Origin: Utricularia gibba
Lineage: Eukaryota > Plantae > Magnoliophyta
Length of the DNA: 64,000 nucleotides
Reading direction: 5' to 3'
Assembly (NCBI GenBank): GCA_002189035.1
Contig: NEEC01000002.1
Coordinates: forward strand, 62,001 to 126,000
The translations under genes and the position numbers were made by a program. Under the pieces are notes generated by a model, which was not told the origin of the DNA, ran no database searches, and saw only the letters and a list, made by a program, of their open reading frames with translations. Positions 55,560 through 64,000 of the stretch are shown piece by piece (the first letter of the stretch is position 1; each line of letters starts with the position of its first letter).

Positions 55560-55830
55560 CCAATAACGAGTATAGGTTAGGTGAAATTTAATCATATATT
55601 AAATGTAGATCACATTAGAAAAAAATTAAATTTATTCGATTATTAATTTATAATTTTGTATATATTTAATTAATTCACGAGTATTGATGTATGATTATTT
55701 TTTTAATATTTAACCTAAATCGAATTGATATTTTGATTCTATTAATATATTATTATTTTTTGTATGATTGTAAATAATGTTTGAATTGATCAATTTTTTA
55801 TCATCTAATCTAATTGTTTGACCAGGTCTT
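55560..55830. other. Very AT-rich island, possibly a remnant of a non-autonomous transposon
   Basis: Abrupt switch to strongly AT-biased sequence between GC-balanced flanks; no clear TIR or TSD seen. Confidence 0.35.
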
Positions 55831-56601
55831 TGATCGGCCTGATTTTGGGAGTACACATGGTGTGTTGTTCACATCTGCAGAGGCGCTTCCACCGCCTAGC
55901 CTTACCCTCGGCCTCGTTGTACATAAGCAACAGAGTGAACACAAGTGATCAACACCAAATCCTCTGGATCCTCAAACCAGGAGCTCACCCAAGCTGAATG
56001 GTATAGCCCCCAGATGCCTCAATTAATTAACCAGCTTGCGCGGAACAAGGTACGCTACGCGATTGGGAATGGGAAGCGAGCGAGCTTGCGAGCAATTAAG
56101 ATGATGCATCCGAACACGTGGGAGGGAGGCCCATGGGGCGGGGCGGGGCGGGCACTCGCTCTCGCTCTTTGTTGGTTTCTGCTGGAAAACTGTGGCCTGG
56201 GAATACCGAGGGCGGGCACTCGGTCTCGCTGGCTCGCTCTCATTTTTAATTGCCCAAAGGGGCTTCGGAATCCAAAATATTATATTGAAAAGACATGCCG
56301 CCAAATCAGCATAATCTGCTATCCAAAACCAGACATGCCATTTGGATAAGAACCACCAGCACGAGCTGTGGATAAGGAGGAGCCCTAGAAAGATATTTCC
56401 AACCCCCCCCCCCTCCCGTCCCAATCCGCCCATTTTTTCTAAAATTCTGTAACGTCAAAAAATGGCGAAAATGCAGACTTTTGCATTTTAATGGGAATTT
56501 TAAAATAAACGCGGAATACCTACTCTTTGGAAATTCCGAATTCGTATATAACGGGGGCTCTGCCTCTCTGGCTCTCTGTGCATTTCGGATGTGAAAAAAG
56601 G

Positions 56602-57709
56602 ATGCTGCAAGAGGCTGTGGAGATTCATGGAGACGTGCTCGAGACCGTGTTCAGTCGCGTTCCCCTGGTGTACCTGCCATCGGCGGCCGCCGTATCCAAG
56701 ACGTGGAGCGACGCCGTCATGTCCTCGCTCCGCTACTGGAACAAGCCGCGCCCATGGCTAATCATTCACGAGCAGGCGACACGCCCGCCTTACTCCGCGA
56801 CCACGCGCGCTTACGATCCACGTTCTAAACTCTGGATCAAGGTTTCCCCCCGCCCATCGATTACGCCTCCGACCTCCGATCCTCGCACTCCAGTTTCCTC
56901 TACATGTTGTCGCCGGCGCGCCTTGCCTTCTCCTCCGACCCCCTGAATCTGGATTGGCACGAATTGGACCCTCCCGCTGTGTGGCGGATGGATCCAATCG
57001 TCGCTTGCGTGGGCGATTGCGTAATCGTCGCGGGCGGAGGGTGCGACTTCGAGGACGATCCCTTGGCGGTGGAGATCTATGATTTGAAGACGCGTGAACG
57101 GCGTAATTGCGACTCAATGCCGGTGCGTCTGCAAGATTCCGCCGGCTGCAACTCCCTGTCCGTGGCGGGGGTCGCCAATCGACTCATCGTCACGCACAAG
57201 GAATCCGGGCTGACCCATTGTCTCGACCCGGAGACCAAATCCTGGTCGGGTCCTTTCCATCTGGATCCGCGTGAGTCCGTCAGCCGCTACATGATTGGTT
57301 GCACAACCCAAGGCTTGATCCTCGTGGGATTGTGCAGGCTTCACGACGGCGAGGGTTGAAGGTATGGAGATTGAACTCTGAGAATTTCTCGTGTGTGGAA
57401 GAAATGGGTGAGATGCCGTGGGAGTACGTGGAGAAGTTGAGGAGCGGTATGTTTGGGTTTAGTTCCCTGAACAGCACGGCGGCGGGGAACACGGTATTCC
57501 TATACAATGATACGTGTGACGTGGAGGAGGTGGTGGCGTGCGAGATAGAGGAGCAGGGTGGGTGTAGGTGGTGGAGCGTGAGACATGTGGTGGCGCGTGA
57601 GGAGATGATTGCGAGGCGGATGGTGTACACGTCCTCCGCCGTGGGATTGGAGGAGGTGCGAGCAATTGTTGGGCCGGGGAACCTGACCCTGGAACCCCTG
57701 ATCTCTTGA
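56602..57709 (+). CDS. F-box/kelch-repeat protein (At1g23390-like), intronless, two apparent 1-nt frameshifts
   Basis: F-box-like IHGDVLETVFSRVPLVYLPSAAAVSKTW, RAYDPRSKLW, then LYMLSPARLAFSSDPLNLDWHE...WRMDPIVACVGDCVIVAGGGCDFEDDPLAVEIYDL, then LKVWRL...GEMP, in three successive frames. Confidence 0.9.
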
Positions 57710-58178
57710 CCACCCCACCCATCCCATTTTACTCCCTCTTGTTGCTGACGCCGTGGGCTGCTTTTTCTTTTGTGGTCACAAATTGGGGAATTTTTTCAGA
57801 AAAGCCTGCGATGGAATATCAGACTATTTATTTATTTATCGATATGCGGATGATTACTAACGAACCCGGCCATCCACGTATGCCTCCATATTTTAATTTA
57901 AATATGAAATAAATACTTTTAATGAAGAGTTCATTATTTGACAGTAATATATTTTGTAAAGAATGATTGAGAAAATAACAGAATTATAATGTATAGGATT
58001 AATTTTTCAATAAAAGAAGTTTGCGAGTGGAATCGATTTTTGAGAATCTCATTATTTTAGGGAAGTTTGTTACTATTACTACTGCTTCCCCAACCCCAAG
58101 CCTATATGAAGACGACGTTCTGAAATTCTCCCCTAGAATTGGGCGTCGTTTTCTTGTGTTGGAGGCGGAGGGAGGGCA

Positions 58179-58571
58179 ATGGGTTTTGTGTGTGCCGTGT
58201 GCGCCCAAGTCGGCGACAAGAAGGATTTGGTCTTCTGCTTCTACTGCATGGAAGCCGCCGTGCACACCGGCTGCGCTGATGTTTTGCCCCCGCCGGGGTA
58301 CCCACCCTGCTTCCTCTGCCAGGACTGCCTCTATGCCGATGAAGAGTACGATGCGATTCTTGAGGAGACGTGCTACGACAGGATCGAACGACTCGCGCGG
58401 TTTCTTGAAGATGGTGGAGAATCTCATCCCCTGATTTCCGGAACCAATGCCAAGGAAGAAGCGGGAGTGGAGGAGGAGGAGGAGGAGGAGGATATCAGAC
58501 CCAGTAAGAAGCGTCGCCTATCGGACGCCCCAGGAGAATCTTTCTGTCCGTCCGCGTCGGCAGACTCGTAG
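58179..58571 (+). CDS. Small protein with a PHD-like C4HC3 zinc finger, acidic tract and basic NLS-like motif
   Basis: CAVC-x11-CFYC-x5-H-x2-C-x14-CQDC spacing, followed by EEEEEEED and RPSKKRR; 130-aa ORF with ATG start. Confidence 0.7.
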   Translation: MGFVCAVCAQVGDKKDLVFCFYCMEAAVHTGCADVLPPPGYPPCFLCQDCLYADEEYDAILEETCYDRIERLARFLEDGGESHPLISGTNAKEEAGVEEEEEEEDIRPSKKRRLSDAPGESFCPSASADS

Positions 58572-59054
58572 ACGAACAACCTCCACTGCTGTTGCCTTGG
58601 AATGAGGACAACACGCCGATAACTGATTAGTGTAGTACTACTCTGTTTCCTGGTTCTGGTATTCTATGGACAAACTTCGTTGAGGATGGCCAAGATCCAG
58701 TTTTTACTTCAAGAAACTACTTTTGCGTGTACATCCATCACAACCAAGCGAGATCTAAAAAGAAAGACGCATCCGCAGTCTTCATCCAGCCACAAGTTAG
58801 GTCAATATTTGGGAGTTTCTGGTATTGTATACTACTTGGCTCCAAACCAAAGCCTTCAGCTATGATGGAGCAGGAAAATGTTGCAATGCCGACACACACC
58901 AAACCACGAGATTATTGCAAGTGCTTTTTTTCCGACCAAATCATTGGCTCATAGTGGAATCATTCCCATCATCAACTCGAAGAAAAAAGGTACCTTCGCT
59001 CATCAATCCTTCTTCTCTTATCTTCCTCAACCCACAACCATTCCTCCGTAGAAA

Positions 59055-59558
59055 ATGGGTTCAAATAAGGCCGCTATCGCGCTCACGGCCGCCCTTTTAA
59101 CCGCGGTCGTCGTCATCTCCGCCGCGGCCGATTCCTTCTGCGCAACTGCAAAAGATGCAGCCTTTTGCTCCGATTTGACGGGAGGGGCAGCCACGTGGTC
59201 GGAGGCAATGACGAACGCGCTGAAGGCGGCGCTGGAGAAAGCCAAGGCCGGAAAGTCTATCGCCGACGGCATAGAGGCGGCGCTGCCGGCGGAGATGATG
59301 GGGAAAACGAAGCAATCGCTGATGCAGAGCTGCAAGGAGGCTTACGAAACCGTGGTTTACATTCTGGATCGGTGTCTCGGGTTTGTCGCAAGCGATCCGG
59401 ACTCTTCGATGAATGTCTATCTTTCCGGCGTGTCGCTGTCGGATTGCACCGACGGCCTGAAAGATTTCAACGTTTCGTTGCCGGCGGTGGAGGAGTACGG
59501 CAGGCATATACTCAACCTGAGTAGCGCTCTGCTCACGGTGGCGTCAAAGAAACCGTGA
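59055..59558 (+). CDS. Secreted pectin methylesterase / invertase inhibitor (PMEI-like) protein
   Basis: Signal peptide (MGSNKAAIALTAALLTAVVVISAAA), FCATAKDAAFC (C-x8-C), SCKEAYE, LSDCTD; 167 aa, predicted helical, intronless. Confidence 0.85.
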   Translation: MGSNKAAIALTAALLTAVVVISAAADSFCATAKDAAFCSDLTGGAATWSEAMTNALKAALEKAKAGKSIADGIEAALPAEMMGKTKQSLMQSCKEAYETVVYILDRCLGFVASDPDSSMNVYLSGVSLSDCTDGLKDFNVSLPAVEEYGRHILNLSSALLTVASKKP

Positions 59559-59742
59559 GTTACTGTGCCCCATCATCGTAGGGCCAGAGTTAGGCCCATG
59601 TTTTCTCTGCAAGCGGTTTGGCTTGGTTTCATAGAAGGAAGGAGTTTGAGAAATCCAGCGTCGTCCAACAGAATCATTCATACTACCGTCATTCGAAAAT
59701 CGAATAGAAGCAGAGGGAAAAGCGAAATTATTTCTTCAGAAT

Positions 59743-60121
59743 TCAGTAGGCGGGCGGCGGCGGCGGCGGCGGTGGCGGTGGCGGTGGCGATTGTGGTATT
59801 CGTGGCTTGGGTAGGTAATGACTCCTTCCCATCGGCGGTGGATGCGGCTGATTCGGTGGATCCTGACGCTTGGAAACTGCGAATTGGAAAATCGTCTCCC
59901 GGTTGTGAAAATGGGTTTCCTCATCTTCAGTTTTCATAACAAACACAACAGAAAAACTCGCAGCAGTCAGTTGTTCAACTTTCTGAGAAGCGAGACTAGA
60001 AAAAGCAACCAAAAAGGTCTCCTTTAACCGCCTCAGTACTCAAAAGGCAGCAGCAACTTACGGCAAGGATGAGTGCAAAAACGAGTGCAGTTGCCCGATC
60101 CTGAACTCGGTGCTTAGCCAT
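59743..60121 (-). CDS. Small secreted Pro-rich protein 1 (about 97 aa), 2 exons (60121-60010, 59924-59743 preferred)
   Basis: MAKHRVQDRATALVFALILAVSCCCLLSTEA-VKGDLF|DEETHFHNRETIFQFAVSKRQDPPNQPHPPPMGRSHYLPKPRIPQSPPPPPPPPPPPPAY*; 85-nt phase-1 GT-AG intron. An alternative 79-nt intron (60061-59983) is also in frame. Confidence 0.72.
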
Positions 60122-60592
60122 CGAAATTCAAATTTCGCCCCACGCCACTCCCTTAACGCGACTGCTCTGACCTCAGGGTAATTCTTGAGACAGTCGCAGT
60201 TGCTGGGCGCGGGCGCATAGAAAAAGAAGGGGAATAAAAATGGGGCCTGTGTGCACATGTGGAATAATCTAAGAGGAGGGAGTGGAATGTGCACTACGTA
60301 ACTTGATACATTCCATCGTCGCTTGACTCGGCTTGTCTGTGCAAGCTGATTGGGCCTCCCAGTTCAGTTGAATGTGTGGATGGACAGCCTCGGTGTCTGA
60401 TCCTGGGTTTGGTAATCAAATCATCACTGTTATCATCTTCCTTGCTTAGATACTCCAACGATAATAGACTATGATTAAGAGGAGAATAGATTCGCAGGGA
60501 CTCCAGTTCCACACACCAAAGCAAACATCCCCTGAATATAGGAAGACTTCCTTTATTAGTCGAGGAGAATGATGCCCTCAAACGCGCACACA

Positions 60593-60941
60593 TTATTTAT
60601 TCAAATCTTTGTTCTTTTCACCCCTCCTGCCACGGCCATGCGGAGCCTCATTCGGTAACGGAGACCCAATCTGATATCCGCGGGGGCGTTTGGAGTCTGC
60701 GATCATCCTCTTCCCCATGTACCAGGAAGAGACTCGAGCATCTTACAAACAGAAGAAAAAATTTGCAAGCCTCCCTCAGTTTTCACAGCATATGCGAATC
60801 ATGGATTGAGGAGGGGAAGCTGGCTGCCGTACCTTGAATGGTGGTCACCCCTGCCTGAGTGCGTGAAAGGCAGGAGTTGAGTGTGGATATGATGAGTAGC
60901 AGCAGCAAGGTCGGAAAAACGACAGCAGCTGCCTTCGCCAT
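60593..60941 (-). CDS. Small secreted peptide precursor 2 (85 aa), 2 exons (60941-60833, 60741-60593)
   Basis: MAKAAAVVFPTLLLLLIISTLNSCLSRTQA-GVTTIQ|DARVSSWYMGKRMIADSKRPRGYQIGSPLPNEAPHGRGRRGEKNKDLNK*; phase-1 intron gtacgg...tttgtaag. Confidence 0.78.
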
Positions 60942-61594
60942 CCCACTTTGTTTTGCTGTGTGTGGTTTCACAATAACAGGAAGGAAGACTGAATCCTATT
61001 AATCAGCACGCCTGCTTACTCTTCTCTTCGTGGGCCGCCTCGGCAGCACTCCGCCTTTGAATCATTCAAACCAACGCAAGGAACCTTCGTCATTTGTCTT
61101 TTGTGGCGCCCAGGGGACGGCATGCCACCACCACAACTTCCGCTTCAACTTAGGAGCATTATCCTCAGCATTATTGAGGCGGAAAACAAGATTCTCTAAA
61201 AACGCCATACTACCTACCACCTCGTCTGCAGCACCCTACAGACTGGTTAAAGCTGCCTGTCGCTCTATTATCAGAGTCGTGAGAACGCACCAAGCTTTGT
61301 TCAATTCCGTGGGTTCTTTAGAATTTCAGGTGCACCCAAATCATGTAACAGAAATGGGTCGGATATATATCTGTGTGCTTTTACTTATGGTTGGATCTTG
61401 ATCAAACGCATGTTATTGTTGCACAACTCACAACCTGAATATATTAATATACATATATGTAAGGATAAGGAAAGCAAGGAGAGCCACCACAGGGCTTTCT
61501 GGTTTCAGTAGAACACGCCAATGCGAATCCCCAGAACAGGAACAAAAAAAGAAAAAGAGCAACTTTATTGTAATCGAGGGGGGAGAGTTGTTCT

Positions 61595-61996
61595 TCAGGG
61601 GTGGTGGACTGGTGGCCAGTCAGGTCTCTTGTACCATGGGAACTGCATCCCGTAGGGGGTTGGGTGGATCTCAATCACAGGCTTCGATTCTTCCAACGGC
61701 CCCAAAATCTTCCTGTTGCTGTACGGGAATGATGCTGCCGCAGCCGCACCTTCAAAAAAGACATCCACCACCAATATCTCAGTGATCTACGGTCTAATTG
61801 CAATGCTATCCTACTCATTTGGGAGATGATGGAGGTTTGAAGAAAAGAAAAGAAAACAGAAAAAATGATCCATCTATCTATCAAGTGGCGTATTGATCTG
61901 ATTTCAGAGACGAAGAAAAGTGAGCTCACCTTGGGGGATCAGCGCCGCGATGATGAACAGCAGGATTGCAAAAACAACTACAGCTGTCTTGGCCAT
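61595..61996 (-). CDS. Small secreted Pro-rich peptide precursor 3 (73 aa), 2 exons (61996-61930, 61749-61595)
   Basis: MAKTAVVVFAILLFIIAALIPQ|GAAAAASFPYSNRKILGPLEESKPVIEIHPTPYGMQFPWYKRPDWPPVHHP*; donor gtgagc, acceptor tcttttttgaag; TATAAAT about 90 nt upstream of the ATG. Confidence 0.85.
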
Positions 61997-62759
61997 GGTG
62001 ATCAACAAATCTAGGCGGCTGGTGTCTCTCTTTCTCCTGCGTCTCCCACCAAAATGTGTAAGAAATACACCTCCGGGGTGTGGAAATTTATAGAAGAGGT
62101 GCTGCCTTTGCCTTTGCCTTGTGTGGGGAGAATACTTATCAATGCCCATGCTTCCTTGTGCGGACTTTACGACCACCCCCTTTGAACATTCAAACCAATG
62201 CATTTTTCTTGTTGACTGCTTGAATTGTATGTACGGAGAATCTTCTAGAGAATTTTGGTCGATTTTGTCACCAACACCAACAATGATTAATTTATTTGAG
62301 TCTTAAAAGTTGTTCCCTAAAATATAGGAAAAATAAGGCAAATACTTTAATTTTTTATTTGATTTGGCGTTTAACTTAGTTATAGCAAAAATTTATAAAT
62401 TATCGAAAAATAAGTTATTCTTTACATTTTATCTTATTTTTATATTTTTTTCGTTTTTTATGTTATTAATAATATTTTTTGGATTTAAAATTTAGGGATT
62501 CAATTTTAAAGTTTAATATTTAGTATTTATAACTTGGGAATATTATATATCAAGTTTTCGTAATTTATGGTTGGATGTTGATCAAACGCATGTTATTGTT
62601 GCAAACTCAGAAGCTGAATATATTATTATTAAGGATAAGGAAAGCAAGGAGAGGCACCAGACGGCTCTCTGCTTTCTTTCAGTAGAAGACGCCAATGCGA
62701 ATCCCCGACAGAGGAACTTTATTGTAATCGACTCGACGGGGGAGAGTTGTTGTTCAGGA

Positions 62760-63115
62760 TCAGGGGTGGCCGACTGGTGGCCATGGGAACGGCGTCCCGT
62801 AGGGAGTTGGGTGGATCTCAATCACACGCTTCGATTCTCCCACCGGCCCCGAAATCTTCCTGTTGCTGTAGGGCGATGATGCTGCCGCAGCCGCACCTTC
62901 AAAAAAGACAACCACCACCACCACCACCAATATATTTCTCAGTGATCTACGGCTAAACGAAAAGAAAAGAAAAGATCCATCTATCTATCTATCTATCAAC
63001 TGGCATATTGATCTGATTAACAGAGACGAGAAACAAAAGTGAGCTCACCTTGGGGGATCAGCGCCGCCATGATGAAGAGCAAGATTGCGAAAACAACTGC
63101 AGCTGTCTTGGCCAT
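62760..63115 (-). CDS. Small secreted Pro-rich peptide precursor 4 (67 aa), tandem paralog of precursor 3, 2 exons (63115-63049, 62896-62760)
   Basis: MAKTAAVVFAILLFIMAALIPQ|GAAAAASSPYSNRKISGPVGESKRVIEIHPTPYGTPFPWPPVGHP*; same splice sites and TATAAAT as precursor 3. Confidence 0.85.
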
Positions 63116-63544
63116 GGAGATCAAATATGTATGAAATACACCTCCGGGTTGTGGAAATTTATACAAGAGGAGCTACCTGCCTTGCCTTGTGTGGGGAGAA
63201 TCCTAATCAATGCCCCTGATTGCTTCCCCTTCTTGTGCGGATTTTACGATCACCCCCATTTGAACATTCAAACCAATGCATTTTTCCTGTTCACTGCTTC
63301 AATCATATGTACGGAGAGAATCTTTTAAATAATTTTGGTCGATTTTGCCACCAAGACCAGTAATTTTTTTGAATCTTAAACGTTGTTCCCTAAAATATAC
63401 AGGGAAAATAAGGCAAGTACCTTAATTGCTTGATTTGATTTGATTTGATATTTACCTTAATTATACCAAAGATTTGTAAACTACCCAAAATAAGTTATTC
63501 TTTGCATTTTTATTCGGTTTTTATGTTATTAATAATAATTTTGG

Positions 63545-63730
63545 ATTTAAAATTTAGGGGTTCAAAAATGATTTAGGGTTTAGGGTTTCACAATTTTTTA
63601 CCGTTACTTATTTAGTGTTTAGGATTTCATGATTGGGATTTAGTTTTTTGGATTTTAAATTTAAATTTTAGAGTTTAAGATTTAAAATTTAGAATTTGAT
63701 ATTCAATTTTACGATTTAATATCCAAGAAT
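63545..63730 (+). repeat. AT-rich tract of degenerate TTTAGGG-like heptamers
   Basis: atttagggtttagggtttc, tttagtgtttaggattt, tttagagtttaagattt, tttagaattt; extends beyond the matching position in the first duplication unit. Confidence 0.6.
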
Positions 63731-64000
63731 TTAAGATTTATCTAAACTGCCTGAAAACTGAACAGCAGACATTTCTGCCTTATCAATCATGAATAAGGCT
63801 ATGTCTGTATGTCTTCTTCATTGGGCGATCTGCATCAGCTCTCCGCGGAAGCTGCCGTGAACAGATATTGCCGGCATGTATAGTACGAGTTCCTCGGATC
63901 GCCGGCTTGGCTTGGTATCTCATCTTAATAATCAATCTGTCATCTAACTTTTGTAATTATCACTCTGCCCCCCAGGCCTACGGTGCCGGCCAACTGGAAA

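Larger units (their letters stand above)
61384..63560. repeat. About 1.2-kb tandem segmental duplication containing precursor genes 3 and 4 with their flanks
   Basis: Matching blocks: ttatggttggat(c/g)ttgatcaaacgcatgttattgttgca at about 61385 and 62565; tttgaacattcaaaccaatgcattttt at about 62181 and 63259; ttggatttaaaatttaggg at about 62479 and 63541. Confidence 0.92.

Noticed and set aside
55860-56030. Minus-strand exon-like segment (IWGLYHSAWVSSWFEDPEDL...) ending at a GTAAGG donor
   Set aside because: No flanking exons, start codon or recognisable family; cannot be supported without a search.
60294-60593. 99-aa minus-strand ORF MCARLRASF...
   Set aside because: Starts at a non-ATG codon directly after the stop of peptide gene 2, has no motif, and is probably 3' UTR.
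61444-61674. ORF-track calls MRSTQPPTG... and MRSTQLPTG... (62582-62821) as Cys-containing proteins
   Set aside because: They start at TTG in alternative frames overlapping the real exon 2 and the 3' UTR.
61750-61800. Apparent frameshifts at the start of exon 2 in peptide genes 3 and 4 (DRRSLR.../ILVVV reading)
   Set aside because: Using the downstream acceptor tcttttttgaag|GT gives clean in-frame proteins in both copies; the GGT repeats are intronic.
63781-64000. GC-balanced right-edge segment as a possible fifth peptide exon
   Set aside because: No frame resembles the cluster genes, and any exon 1 would lie outside the window.

Overview
Very gene-dense eudicot nuclear DNA: about 30 protein-coding loci plus one tRNA in 64 kb, with most introns about 70-200 nt. 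This resembles a miniature Lamiales genome such as Utricularia or Genlisea, but the species is an inference. Conserved genes in order: PLS-class PPR (partial), COL14/15-like B-box/CCT, tRNA-Val(AAC), CYP20-2, an OTU-like protein, HIPP, SOC1/AGL42-like MADS, WRKY75-like, plastid GNAT, SPL13-like (miR156 site), FLC-like MADS, DnaJ-DUF3444, ENY2, plastid FabG/KAR, GAPC, PP2A B', HHL1, ALB4, pectate lyase, CFIm68-like, TEL/MEI2-like, a bS21-like gene, GolS and an F-box/kelch gene. From about 57.8 kb the window becomes an accessory-looking, partly AT-rich region. It holds a mini PHD-finger gene, a PMEI-like gene and a tandem cluster of four two-exon genes for small secreted Pro-rich peptide precursors that the ORF track misses. 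That cluster is the most novel-looking element. Ten apparent frameshifts in eight conserved genes are each repaired by adding one base, nearly always to a G/C run, which most likely reflects long-read consensus error. Family assignments are from recall of conserved motifs; no database search was run.
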